Positions 1 through 17,100 of a DNA stretch of 64,000 nt are shown here, piece after piece. Where the stretch lies: NCBI GenBank assembly GCA_002189035.1, contig NEEC01000010.1, positions 3,472,001 to 3,536,000 on the forward strand, given 5' to 3'. A program made the position numbers and the translations under genes. A model generated the notes under the pieces. That model saw only the letters and a list, made by a program, of their open reading frames with translations, was not told where the DNA came from and made no database searches. How positions within the stretch are numbered: position 1 is the first letter of the stretch; each line of letters starts with the position of its first letter. Source of the DNA: Utricularia gibba. Taxonomy: Eukaryota > Plantae > Magnoliophyta.

Positions 1-69
1 TGATTCCCCCTTCCCATTCATTTTGATTATCTGACAAGCGCGATCCCCGAATTCTGATATTATGAGCAG

Positions 70-297
70 GCACCGAGCGTCTCACAAGAGAAGATCGATA
101 AAATGGTGAAGGAACTGAAGGACAGAGAAGAGAAATCAAGGTCCTTTAGCAGAAGGAGAAAGTTCCGGGAGGAAAAGGATATTGACTCGATCAACGACCG
201 TAACGAGCACTTCAACAAGAAAATCGAACGAGCATTTGGCAAGTATACACTCGAAATCAAGAACAATCTCGAGAGAGGAACTGCTCTGCCAGATTGA
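70..297 (+). CDS. SYF2: Pre-mRNA splicing factor SYF2 family, last exon (gene starts upstream of window)
   Basis: Acceptor CAG at 67-69, then APSVSQEKIDKMVKELKDREEK...DIDSINDRNEHFNKKIERAFGKYTLEIKNNLERGTALPD*, the typical SYF2 C-terminus. Confidence 0.92.
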   Translation, partial: APSVSQEKIDKMVKELKDREEKSRSFSRRRKFREEKDIDSINDRNEHFNKKIERAFGKYTLEIKNNLERGTALPD

Positions 298-388
298 TGG
301 CTTCACAAGCTGAATCTATGAAAAGGAAGTTAAATCCAGGTAACGGTAGTGTTGAGAAAATATTTGGCTTCTCTGAGGTCATTTATCT

Positions 389-1128
389 TCATGTGGTTTG
401 CTGCAATGCGGTGTAAACACAGTAAGACTCTAGCTTTCCGCATTCTTATCCAAACTTGCTGAATGCGAGAGCCATCAAGACTTTTTCCCTTGTAAAGCTG
501 AGCACAGCTTCATCACCTCGCTGTAATCGCCCTACCAAATAGGACAAGCTTATGATCTCAAAGCGTCTCCATCTTCTGTCCTTTGCAAACTTCTCCATGC
601 CCTTCTTGACCATCTCATCTCAATCTTTCACCTTCATTGCATCGCCCAGCACAACCCGGTAACGCTCAAAAGTCCCAGCAGACTCAAGAACCAAACTCCG
701 AATGTCCGTCCAATCTCATCGATCCATCCATGTGGTGACAGAATGTTGTGCTTGTGGTGTGCTGCATTACTCGCAGCTAGGCCAGCAACATGTGCACCGA
801 GCAGACGAGACGATCACCACCTCCTCCTCGATTTCCATCATCTTATCAAGGGATCGAGCTCCAATTACAGAAGAAAGCCCATCAAGAAGCAAAAGTCGGA
901 GCCCAAAATGGTGGCCTCATGGCCCAAAATAACTGATGTTGCCACGTTGCAACTTGCAAGTGAAAAAAATGGGCCAATCGATTACGGCACGGCTATCTTG
1001 GATCGCGCTTTCAGCTTCTCTACAACTTGTACTGCCTGGTTGGACGCTTGTACGCTATTCGTCAGCTTCCAATCTCACCAGGCAGAATATTCCTGTAAGC
1101 GGTTCACGATCATCTCGTCCCTTTTCAT
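389..1128 (-). pseudogene. Possible decayed coding sequence of unidentified family
   Basis: Minus-strand frame 707-389 reads about 105 codons of protein-like text (TDIRSLVLESAGTFERYRVVLGDAMKVKD*DEMVKKGMEKFAKDRRW...FSKFG*ECGKLESY) with two internal stops. A further broken frame starts at ATG 1128. No family recognised. Confidence 0.25.
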
Positions 1129-1808
1129 TCTGTTTTATCTGGTGTCTCTTCTCTGGGTTGGTTTGAAAGGGCTCGGAATTTTCAGATCCGCTATAGTATG
1201 TTTCTTTTTTGAAAAAAAATTCTTTTGAGCGTGAATGTGTAATGAAACTGCTTCATTTCGCTCAGTTGGCCCGGTCCTAGGAAGTTTTCTGGTTTTCAAG
1301 TTTTATTGCCTTTTCTAGATTATTTATTGCCCAGATTTCCAGTTGCTGCTCCATTTCTATCTAGGCCGGTGTGGGGGCTGGTCCCATCATGAAGTTGAAT
1401 TCTTGATGAATTAATTGGTCGATATATGAAAGCGAATTATAGAAATTGCCTTAGGTCGGTGCTTATTGACCGATTTAAAGAGAAAGAGTTATTCTGTTAT
1501 GATTACTGTGTCTTGGACAATTCCAGGTTTGAGATGAAATAGAGTAGCAGTGTGGGGTGTATGAACGGAAACTTTGACCTGCTTTCGTCATCTGACGTTA
1601 TCAATCAGTGGCTTGCTACCAGTTAAATTATAACCTTGATGTTGCCCTTGTTATTTAGAGTTCTGGCTCAGTGTTGTAATGTTGCAACCTCCGTCCCAAA
1701 TTTTATTTTGCGCAGAAACATGAGACCATTGTTTCCCGAATCATTTCCTTCTTATCTTTTAAAATATTCTTGTTGCTGTTAAAGTTATTATTAATTTATA
1801 GGTTGAAC

Positions 1809-4605
<2,797 letters not shown>

Positions 4606-4864
4606 TCCGGTGCCTCAGCCTTTCAACCCGGTGCTTCTGTTAAAAGAATGCCTTCTTACATAATTAATACCCATCTGTCTGGTTTGCAATAAGATGAGTG
4701 ACCCACCCCTCCATGTAACTAGAAGAGAAGCATTTTTAGATCGGTGGTGTTTTGGGTATTTTTTGTGCGGATTTTTCGTCAGCTGTAAGGAAATTCTCTT
4801 ACTCGAGTGTTTTGGTTTATGCACGTTTGCATTTGCTAGTCTTTTCAATTCACACCCATCGGCC

Positions 4865-6041
<1,177 letters not shown>

Positions 6042-6261
6042 GGGAGAATTTTGTTTCCCCTTGGTCGGGGACGGATGTTAGGGAAAAGGAGGAAGAAGCC
6101 CCAGCCGATCGACCGGAGATAGGGTATTGAACTTGATATATACGCGATCAGCGTATCTCTGCCTAACCAATTGTTGAGATCAAAAACATGGATCGTGCGT
6201 ATTGGTATCCCTGAATGCCCCTGCCAGGTATTGTTTTGGGCAAGAAGTGGAGGATATGCTG

Positions 6262-8977
6262 CTACATGGTTTGAGGATGAGCAGCAGCAGCAGCAAGAGC
6301 AGTGGTGATTTCTGTGATCCGCTGCAAAAGCTCTTCGTATACTTTCAAGGAATCGGCTGAAAATTTCTCCATGGCCTCCAAAACGCGGTGCAGACTGGCC
6401 TGGATGCTCCCTGTTTTACTGGTCTCGCTCTGATAAACAGCACGGCGGGTTGTGCCTCCCCGAGAAAACTGCACAATTCTCTTCTCCATAGCTTGGATTT
6501 CTTTGCCTCCCTTTACGTCCTCACGATGACATGATTGAAGCATACTTCTCGCAAGTTCCTGCATCGACTCCACCACCCGATACTCTGAAATGGTGTCTAA
6601 TAGTTGGGACCATTGGTTGCAGATCACGAAGACTCGAGGAGCTCCCATTCGACCTGGCGAAAATGGGACTAGACCATCGGGAGTCTCTTCCGGGATGTAG
6701 ACAAGGCATTTGAGGAGCCAGTTGTTCAAGGAGCGAACGAAGGATCTTTGTGCGGTGAACCAGTCAGAAAACGCCATCGCCCAGGTGATTAAATCGTGTT
6801 CAAGCTGAGGAATGGCTTCCAACTGGGGAGCAACGGAGTCAAGCCCCTTGGCTTCCTCCAATGCTTCTCGCTGTGAACGATGGCATTCGAGCATGGATTT
6901 CCACATCCTCGTTAGCCTGTTCAACCCAAGCCAAGCCAAGCCACCGCATTAGGATTCATTCGTGTATCCCAAACACAAGAACGTAGGCAATGGCAATAGC
7001 AGTCTTGGTGGTATTTACTACCTGTGGACGAAGTCATAAAGCTGTGGGTAGAGGACTTCGTCTCTCAGGACGTTGATCTTCATCGAGATTCTATCAACGA
7101 CCTGAATCGCGATGTTCATCTTGGTGGCCAGGCTCCTCACCAGACTTCTGGTTGCATCAACTTCCCTGTCCTCAGCACCATTTCTATCTAAATGCTTGAG
7201 TTTTAGCGATTTCCGGTGGTGTTGAACTCTGGTCTTCTCCTCGACCTGGATGAATCAGTCGAGGTGGATTGTTACTAGAAAAATTTCACTCGAGGTGAAT
7301 CGTACAAATGAAGGTGGAAATTAAAGAGCATTGATGCCCTGTGGAACGCAAGAAAACTACATCTTTGTTAGCAGCAGCAGGTGGGATTTGGGGACCAGCA
7401 CAAAACTGTAGGTGCAACGTGCAGGCATAATGGAGCTACTAACTACACTTGTCCAAAGGGATTTAAAAGCAGAGAATATTGCAGGCCCACCAAAAGATAC
7501 ACATCGACAAAAGGAGAGAAGGGATGGAGGCGAATAACTCTGTTGTACCTTGACTTCTTCATACAGCTTTTTCTCCCAGATATAGATCTCATGTAAAGTG
7601 GAAGAAAGGTTTTTAGACTTGCGTTGATCCATCTCGGAATCTTGGTTTTCAGACCCCCCTGTTTTCAGCAGCCCTGGTAGATGCAGATGCAGTATCTTGT
7701 TCGGACTGGGAACTGCGATGATGCGGGGATTATCATCATTTTCCGAGGACAACTTACTTGACATGAAAAACAGAATCCTTACCATGAACGAGGAGGCTGC
7801 TCTTCCTGTGCTTGGGTTTATATGGAACATTTCCAGCATCAAGAAACTCAGAAATCTCCTTCCCAGACTCTGAAGCATGCAGGAATTGGGTTTCAATCTC
7901 CTTTACAGCGTTGGAATCACCCTTGATTTCACTGCGCCCACGAGCTTTCACCGTGGAAGAATTTACTCTGTTTTGGGGGCTTTCCTCATCACTCGGAAAA
8001 TTGTGCTCCCCCTCTGTATCACTTGGACCCGCTCCACGATCTTCATTAATGGCGGCAGGATGCTGTTCCTCAGGCGCCACCGTCTTCGAGTGACTGCTAC
8101 TTGTTTGACTACTAACAACCTTCCGATCTCCGTGGACTTCCTTCACTGCTTCCTCGTCCTCTTCCTCCAGATCAGGAATCTCTTCTTTCTTGCGAATCTC
8201 CTTTAAGTCCTTGCCGAAAGGAAGATAATACCTATCGAATGCTTCGAATGGGTTTAGGAAATCCCACATCGATGTACTCGGAGGCGGAGGTGGCGCCGCC
8301 GCCGCCGCCGCCGGTTTTAGAGAACTTCGATCTCCACCACCATGGTAATCTGCATACCCATTATGATATAGAGGAGGATTATCCCGCTTTGGATTATCAC
8401 CAACATCGGCGTACTTGAAATAGACAGAAGGAGAAAATTCATTAAGACGAACAGTCGTGGCGCTGATGGGTGTCTGCGAATAAGCTACGGAGGGGGTGGC
8501 TTGGTTTCTCATGTAGTTGATTCTCATAAAGCCTCCATCGTCACCGTCTCCTGGACGATTTAAAAAGGAAGCTTCGTAACGTGGGACGCTGCCGCCGTAA
8601 GGGTACCAGTGGTCGTCGATTTCCAGCGGTGTCTCGTCATCAAGATGGTGGAAAGAATCCGTGTCTGAGAGAAAGTGGAGATGGGACCCAGAATGTGACA
8701 GTGACTGAATATGGTGCCCAATCTTCTCCGGCGAATCAGGCTCCCCCTTCGTCTTTCCCGGGAGTTTGAGAACAGGGGAAGAGGGCCCAGGGAGATCCCG
8801 CTCCAGGTCGAGAAATCGGTGAAGGGATACGCCAAAGGCGCTGAGGGAATTGAGATAAGCACCATGCGACTGAGCGAGGGCAAAGCGGTGTCTGAGGGCG
8901 TCGTCGAGAAAAGCGCAGCGGTGGCGGCAGAGAGTCACCGCCGGGGAGTCGTTAAGCTTGGATGCGGTGCAACCCAT
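6262..8977 (-). CDS. DUF630/DUF632 protein (NRG2/APSR1-like family), 4 exons
   Basis: MGCTASKL..AVTLCRHRCAFLDDALRHRFALAQSH (DUF630), WDFLNPF, QFLHASESGKEISEFL, NLSSTLHEIYIWEKKLYEEVK, LRDEVLYPQL, GLTRMWKSMLECH (DUF632). Confidence 0.93.
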
Positions 8978-10247
8978 GTTCAAGGGAGGGGAAAAAGGAA
9001 GAAGGAACCTGGGCTTGTTTGTTTACTATGTCGCCGTGGAAATGCCGCCGGGGAGCACCATGAGAGCTGGAAAACCGATGATAGTGATGTTAGGATTCTG
9101 CGTAGGAGCCACTGTGTATTATTGTCCTTGGTCCTTTATCTTTCCTTATTTTTATGTTAGAGACAGAAATCTCTGCTTTTCACTTCGCCTTTTCAAAAAA
9201 TAAGAAATCTGCATTTCCTCTTTACTGCGGCCGCGGGGGCGACGAAGGAGGGCTTACCACGAACGCTATTAAGCCGATCCAGGGGCATCGGGGCCGAGTC
9301 CTTGAAGGAATCCCGACCCGACCCATTTCTGGTCTGGTCTACCTGAGGCTGAGGCTGTGCTGAGAAACGTGAGGCCAGGGCTCCGCTGGAACCGGAGAGT
9401 TGGTCTTCTGAGAGGGCAAGTAACTTGTCGTCAATCTGATGGATATACTTATTAAAGGTGAAAGTCAAATGGGAGAAGCAAGGGAGTGGAGATAGTGGTG
9501 TGCGAGCACTGAGCAGGGCAAAAGAAAAAGGAAAAGGTGGCCATTTTTGTCAGGATTACATCCCGGGAACAACACACATACGGAAGGGAAGGGAAGGGAT
9601 GCTTGAAGCAAAGCAAAAGCTGTGGTGGGTTTCACTCAGAGTGGGCGATGGCGATGCAATTCTGGAATATGCGCTTCCATCCATCCCCATCCCCATCTGT
9701 GGTTTTCGAGTGCAATGCCCCCTGCATCTTACTTGACCCATCACAAAAGGCATCAGCTGTTCGTTTGTTCAGCAGCAAGAGATAACCAATACACCTCAAT
9801 GTTGCCTACTACGTAGATAAGACAGCACATTTCCCCTGCGCTCAGAACCCATCATCAAGTAAGGCAAGGCAGGTTGGAAAGAAAAATATGTTTGAATGTT
9901 TTTATTTTTTTAAGAAAAAGAGCATGATCATGAGTCAGACAGAAACAAGATTGTGTGTGGGGTCCCATTACATTCCAGCGTCAGGGTACCGTATCTACCG
10001 CATTTCAATGTTAAGCAAGCTCGCCATCCCTATTCCGAGTGGCTTACCATCTACAGAACAACTGGATTTTAATCGCCTGACGCACACAGTGAGTACTCTT
10101 CTCTATTCATGGAAGGGATTAGGATAGGAATAGGATAGAGCCTGGTAACTGAAAACATAACTGCTATGAAAGGAGAAACTGCTCCATTGGGCATTGGTAT
10201 ATATGCACACCGGCAACCCCATTATTCTCAAATTTCCGACTTTGCTG

Positions 10248-11132
10248 ATGGACATGAACTACTCTCTTCCTTCTCATGGTTGCAACGCCTCAGGCACTTC
10301 GCCTTCTGTTCCAGAGGAAGAAGCCAGGCACCAAAAACCCAAGAAGAAACGCACCAGGTTCCCTAGTATCGACTCCCGCGGTGGTTCAGGTGGGGTTCTC
10401 ATTCAGACGCCGCGGCCGAGAAATACAGCCCGGAATCCACCGGACCCCGACGCTTCTGTTGCTGTTGCGACTAAGATCATTCACCCCTGTACGGAATGCG
10501 GGAAGAAATTCTGGTCGTGGAAGGCACTGTTTGGACACATGCGATGCCACCCAGAGAGGCAATGGCGGGGAATAAAACCTCCGACCAACTCGCATCGAAG
10601 GGCAGGGGCCGAGGATGACGGGGAGGAGCCGCTGTTGTGGACGGAGGAGGATCACGAGGTGGCGACGTGGTTGTTGATAATGGCCAACGGTGCAGCTGCT
10701 GATCAGTGTCTACCACGGTCCGAAAACTGCTCCTACAGAGTGGGCGATAGCCACTCGGAGAACATGGTGGGCCCCAGCCCCAGCCCCAGTTCCTCGGCGG
10801 TGGCTGGACGGTTTGAGTGCTCCAGTTGCAAGAAAGTTTTCGCTTCCCACCAGGCTCTTGGGGGCCACAGAGCGAGCCACAAGAACGTTATGGGCTGCTA
10901 TGCGATCACAAAGAACGACGGAGAAAACGAAACCGGCGGGGGTGGGCGTTGCTGCTCCAGGCATTTCTCGAATGGGCAACAACCTGGTTGTCACATGAGG
11001 TGCCGCCACCAGCAGCGGAAGGCCGAGGAACTGCCGTTTGCTGTCGGTGGGTTTGATTTGAATGTGGAGGCCGACGCGGACAATGGTGACGGAGGGATGA
11101 CGTTGGACTTGAGATTAGGCTTAGGACGTTGA
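10248..11132 (+). CDS. C2H2 zinc-finger/EAR repressor, DAZ1/DAZ2 (ZAT2/ZAT3)-like, intronless; start could alternatively be ATG 10203
   Basis: CTECGKKFWSWKALFGHMRCHPERQWRGI (DAZ-type finger 1), CSSCKKVFASHQALGGHRASH (finger 2), EAR motifs FDLN and LDLRLGL at the C-terminus. Confidence 0.9.
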   Translation: MDMNYSLPSHGCNASGTSPSVPEEEARHQKPKKKRTRFPSIDSRGGSGGVLIQTPRPRNTARNPPDPDASVAVATKIIHPCTECGKKFWSWKALFGHMRCHPERQWRGIKPPTNSHRRAGAEDDGEEPLLWTEEDHEVATWLLIMANGAAADQCLPRSENCSYRVGDSHSENMVGPSPSPSSSAVAGRFECSSCKKVFASHQALGGHRASHKNVMGCYAITKNDGENETGGGGRCCSRHFSNGQQPGCHMRCRHQQRKAEELPFAVGGFDLNVEADADNGDGGMTLDLRLGLGR

Positions 11133-11645
11133 TTTGGAATGGATCAACTCTGTATTACTACTAACGTTTACTGGTTCACTTGAGAACCCGCTGTAGTCTG
11201 TACCCCGTATCATCATCCTCTTCACAAGCTACGACAAATCTGGATGATTGATTCAACTCGTGATCATGAATATGTCAAATGCCCTTTTTCTCTTGCCATA
11301 TAGCAGCTGTATGTAGCTTGGTATGAGACAGGTTCTAATGAAAACAGTCGGATCAAACACTTCAACAGAACCATAAAAACGACTGAAGCCCATGGAATCA
11401 ATATATGCAGAGCAAACCCGTGTACAGATTGGTGGAAAGTTAAAGAGATAGCCATGCAACTTGTCCAGATTCATTCTTGATCACCATAGTTTTTACAGGA
11501 AAGTAATCATTCTACCTACACAGTACACACCGAGGGTCGCACAAGCATTCTCCCTGAAACCGGCCATGATGGCTGAAACTTCGCACACCAGAGTTCAGGG
11601 TCTGGATGTAGCATGCGCATATACAACAATGAAGATATGTGATAC

Positions 11646-13423
11646 TTATCTGGGAGTAGGAAGTGGATACCCAAAATCTTGTTCCTGCCTGTAGTGAAGT
11701 GGAGAGTGTTGCTGCTGCATATTTCGTCTTCCTTGAGTAGAAGGATCATTAGTTTTTGTATTACTGGAATGCACTCTTTGTCCTCCATGCTTCTCGCTAG
11801 CAGAAGCCAATCTCTCCAGTGTCTCCACGACTTGTTGCATCCCTGGTCGGTGCTTGGGTTCATTTTCAAGGCATTTCAGAGCAAGTTGAGCGATTTGTAG
11901 TGCACATCTCGAGGAGTACTTCCCTTCCAAGCGTTGATCCATAATGCTCTTCAGCTTCCTGCGGTCATTGAGTTGCGGCCTTACCCAGTCGGCTAGAATG
12001 TGTTGGGCGGCAGGCCTGTTCGTGTCCAGGGCACGTAGACCAGTGAGCATCTCCACCAGCACCACACCAAATCCATACACATCACTCTTCACATACAGGT
12101 GACCTGAAACACAAGTATGAATTATCTTCATGTCGGACCTAGAAATGATGGTGAATCTAGTCGAAGGACTTAAAAGCTGAAAATGAATCTATTTCCAACA
12201 TCATTGAAGTCCCATCTGCTCTTAGGAAGATCAAGTGTGGATCCTTCACCTGTTGCTACATATTCAGGTGCAGCATATCCATATGTTCCCACCACCTGCG
12301 TTGTTACATGAGATTTACTTGCAGTTGGACCCATTTTTGCGAGCCCGAAGTCCGATAACTTGGCATTGTACGACTGCAACGCAATATATCAGATGAACAC
12401 AAAACAAAATCGAAGTCCAGAAGCAACAGCAAACAGTAAAATTTAAAGCCTAAAATATAGCGTAATCATGCGAACAATCAGTAGATTCCATGGTGATTTC
12501 TAATACACTTACCCCATCGAGCAATATGTTGGATGCCTTGAAGTCTCTGTAAATTACTTTTCTATCTAATGAATGCAGGAATGCAAGTCCACGAGCTGCG
12601 CCGATCAGTATCTTAAGCCTGATTTCCCATGGGAGTGGTTGCACGGCAGAACCCTCTACCAGAAAAAAGCAAGCTTAGAGAGAGAGATTTATTTTATACA
12701 GACTAACTTGTTAAATCTGCAAGGAAAAGAGATCGTTACTCCAAAACAAGTGATTCTCCAAGCTTCCCTTTGGCATGAACTCGTACACGAGAAGCAGCTC
12801 TTCATCCTCCCAACAGTAGCCCAAGAGTTTAACCAGATGCGGATGAGATAGATTTCCAAGAAAATTGACCTCAGACTGCAAGCAATGAATAGCTATCCAG
12901 AGTTGATTCTCTGCTGTATGTAGACAAGTGGGGAAGTGGAGATATAGGCGCACCTGCCATTCTTGAAACCCCTGCATGCTCTCCGGGTGCAACTTCTTTA
13001 TGGCAACAGGAGTGATAGGAGTTCCATTTTTGGAATCGAACCAACCCTTGTAAACTTTGCCAAAGCCACCCTCCCCAAGAACCGAATCATTTTTAAAGTT
13101 TCTGGTGGCAGCCTTGAGCTCAGAAAAAGAGTAAATCCGCAGATTTGGATGGGGTAACATGAGAGATGTTGGGGCAGCGACATCGTTTCCACTCAACGTC
13201 GACAGCTTACTATTACCAGAAGCGTTACTGGCGCTGGAAGAGGATGTTGTTTCCGTCAACGTCGAGGTGGTCTGAAACGCCGCACCTGCAATTTCAGGAC
13301 GGACTCAAGATCATCGATTTCTGTCAAACCAGCACAACCAACGAAAAATCCATGTAAACTAGGGGGACCTGAAACAGGAGGCGTTGGGCAGCGAGAGCGG
13401 GGGGTGCTCCAGCAAATCCCCAT
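11646..13423 (-). CDS. PIX13: Receptor-like cytoplasmic kinase VII, PIX13-like, 6 exons
   Basis: MGICW N-terminus (myristoylation/palmitoylation type), [78 protein letters not shown]. All introns are GT-AG. Confidence 0.9.
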
Positions 13424-14136
13424 TACTAACCGAAAAAAAGATCAAGAATTGTTCCAGGAAGGGGATGTTCTTCGTTTGAACAAAGCACTGATTTTTCAAA
13501 CAGCAACAACTAAGACGGGGGAAGAGAACTCCTTCAATCCAGTACAAACCCCAAGTTCGGAACGCGTTCAATGAGTCTCAGGGGGAAAGCATCGCACACG
13601 CTTGCTCCAAAGTCCCACCAGAAGTCATCGTATGACCGGCAACTTGAGCAAGCCGAAAGGCGTCGTCTTTCGGAAAGAAAAGAAAGTCCAAGTCAAAGAA
13701 CGCGTGGGTCGGAATTAGAGGCCGAACATTTGACCAAGGCAGGAGAAGTAGATCCATTATGTCAGGGCTGACGACAGTGGAAAGGGTAAACCCATCGAGG
13801 GATTGGGGTTGCAGTTGAGCGTCGTCGTCAGTCGGCGGCAAGAGGATGGGATCGTAGATGACGGCGAATTATCACCGCCACTAGGAAATTGCAGACTGAA
13901 GGAGGGTAACTCGATGAATCGACCAAAGCCGCATATCGCGCCAGCCAGCCAGCCACAGTTCCGTTGATCTATATATGCATTGAATCTAATGTATAATAAT
14001 AATAACAATAATGTCTTGGAGGAAACTCCAGCTTTCCCCCCAACTCTCAAGAATGCTGCCATCTCTCTACATATGGCATTTTCATTATCGCTACGGACGA
14101 TGGAAGTCCCGTTGGAATCCTGCAGTAGGTACGTTT

Positions 14137-17100
14137 CTATGTTTCTACAGCAGCGTCATTCTGGCTGTGGGATGTATGCGAGAATTCCCAACCAGGGAAG
14201 CAGCTCCCGGAGAACAAACTTGCAGGAGCTGAACTGTAGAATGCCAATGGGACCTGCTTCACTCTTCTTCTTATCTGCATCACACAGAAAACCAACAAAT
14301 AAATGCCTTGGGATGGCCACTCATACCAGAAATCTATAGACAGGTGGTGATAAAGCCATGCTTCGAGATATTGCACTTCACCTCATCATGAAAGATTGTT
14401 GCATATGAACCTGAGCAAAAATCTTTGACAACAATTTCTGCAGCCTTTGATTTGGAGGACAAATCATTCTCAAGAGACAGGGCAAATCTGAATGAACGGA
14501 ATCGTCTTTGTTATGTTATTGGAGGAAAGAATCCAGAAAAAAACAAGCAGAAGCCTTGCTCACGGATTGGTACCTTGACACCGCAGGGCAGTAATGATGG
14601 CGAAGAGTGTCCAACTCCCAGAGAGAGCTCCCTGTCAGAAATTTCCCAGTGAAGGAAAAAAAAATGTTACCTTCTCTTCAAAAAGCTAAAGAAACGAAAA
14701 GCAGTTGCCCAGCACTAAGCATGAAGCTCGGCAGGATTAGATGACATTGCAGTTCAAAAACGAAACCGCAGTTAAAAACTACAGGAAGTGTCATGCTCGG
14801 AAAAATCGATAAATATTGTTAGAAAAGAGTACGGACTCTCCATGAATGATGATTGGACAGAAAAAAGAAAAGAAACTCGAACTCACTCAAAGCGTTGGTA
14901 CTTCTAGGATCACTTTCTTCATATCTGAAGTGATCCAGTCCTGGCTTCCCCTGAAGTAGATCATTATCAGCACCACGTTTGTTGGAGCTTCCCAAACTGA
15001 TTTCCACTTCTGTAGAAGTTCCATTGCCAATAGCGTTACCACCTTCCTGCTTGATAAATGGGAGTAGTTTAGATATTTAAAGTTTATGATACATCATGTG
15101 AATCTATTCCTTAATACTTAGTTGGTGATCTGTAGCTTTTCATAAAACATGCATTCTCAAGGAACAGAAAACTCATCCTTCATGCCGTATGTTGCCTTCC
15201 ACACACACACACACACGCACACAAAACAACCATCATGAGAAAACAAGATCATGAATGTGTACTAGTTCAAATTATTTCGCACATCAGGAAAGTTCATTAT
15301 TAATATATGACTCCAGAAAATCCCGATTCCACAAAGAAATTGAAAACCAAGAATTAGCACAAAAGAAATTAGCTACCTTATGAACCAAGAAGTAGACTGA
15401 AGGATGTCTCTGTAGAAGATTATGGACCAGAGCAATTACAACAAGAGCTCCTGATGGAGGGATAAAGAGAGCAAGCCTGCTCAGTTTCTTACAGAAGGAA
15501 GCAGCCAAATAAGCTGGAAGGAGAGACGATTTCAAGCACGAGTCGAGGAGCTGAGAATGTTAAGAAAAAAGCACGTTCTTAATAATAAAATTTAGTATAC
15601 GGTATAACAAATACTACATCAAATAAGGCAATAAATCAATTGTCTATATCGATGCTTTCAGCTCATCGTCATGGCTTGACAATGATGAACCAGTAAAGTA
15701 ACATTGTTTTCAGTTCCGGTCGAGAGCAACCTACAGTTTATACACACAAGTTCTACAGAAAAAAAAAAGAAGAAATGCAAGGAAGAGAAATAATATCATG
15801 TCGCACGTTCAGTACCTGGAAAAATTTTGCTCGATGCTTAGCTATAAATATAGAGGGCTCTAGCAGACCATAGAGTTTATTATAAAAATTTGGGTACTCA
15901 AGTCCATGTTGTGTCATAAGGATGTACAGACTGCTCAGAGCCATAACGCTGACAATGCCACCAATATCGTATGAGAGAGTTAAGAAGTCACTGAGAGGAC
16001 GAGCAATTAAAGAAATAAAGTGGTGTTAGGAGGAAATCAAATGAAAAAAAATAATCTACTCATGATGAACATCCGCATGACTTGCCATAACACTGTTGGA
16101 TTAGAAAGATTTGGAATGACGTCCTGATGAAGCGTGGCTAGAACCTACAAGCCAATGGAAGCATCGGTGACCTGCTAGAATATATGCATGACTTCCTTAA
16201 ACTTGCACATGCATGCACAAGGTGATCGCTTTTTTTGTGTTGTTGGGTACTGGTATACAAATAATTTATAGTAGAGGAAACCTGAAAGTAATGATAATCA
16301 TATGGACCCATGGAAAAAAAAGCACTCTGCTTCACCTCCTTGTAGACATCAAGGGGAAGCTCCAGTTTGAGAAATGATATCCACGCATTGCTAAACTTAA
16401 GTTTCATTTTCCTTGCCACCTTTATGGGTGAATGACCCTGAAAATAAAATTATATATATATTGATTCATGAAGAAAACCATTTATATGTGCATAAGGGCA
16501 AGGCCAACGTGAAGAAAACCATGTATACCTTGTCATTGAACTTATCAGAACTAGGGTTCTTATATTCCGTGTCAGTATGCTCATCTTTTCTTTTGCTGTT
16601 GAACATGCCTATTGAAGACATGTGTGGAGAGAAGTTGAGCAAAAATAACGACTACCCAAAATTAACCTGAAAAGTAGTGCGCCATTGGAAATCAACTATT
16701 ACCGAGTGAGCTCCACATCTTGGAATTTTCATCTGAATCTCCAAAAGGCGGCACCTTACTCAGCAAATGATGTATCATGCGAATGGAGAGCTCCTTGCTT
16801 CATTAAAAGAAAATCAAGGATAGTATTTAGACCAACCTAGGGGAGCAAAATCTGGTGAAAGTAATTGCACAGCAGCGTTGAGTCCAGATGCATTCAAATT
16901 TCATTAACTCGTAAGTAGAAAAATATTTAGCTGAAAATGAAACTGACCATTTCAGGAGATGTGATAACGCTCCAGATATATTTAGGTCAATAATTAAGTT
17001 AAATAAATCTTATTACACATTTTAAGATAACTAATTCTAGGAACCTAATTCAAAATGCTAGCTACTCTTTATTACCTTGTCAATGACTGAGTGTTGCCAC

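Noticed and set aside
7700-7800. Apparent frame change between ORFs 7754..8983 and 7357..7896
   Set aside because: Explained by a short GT-AG intron of about 80 nt (CATG|GTAAGG ... CGCAG|TT).
9300-10247. DUO1 MYB sites upstream of the DAZ-like gene
   Set aside because: Only one AACCG core was noticed (about 9390), which is no more than chance.
16430-16600. Apparent frameshift in a NOC4 exon
   Set aside because: Careful re-reading gives TEYKNPSSDKFNDK| with a phase-0 donor matching the next exon, so the frame is intact.
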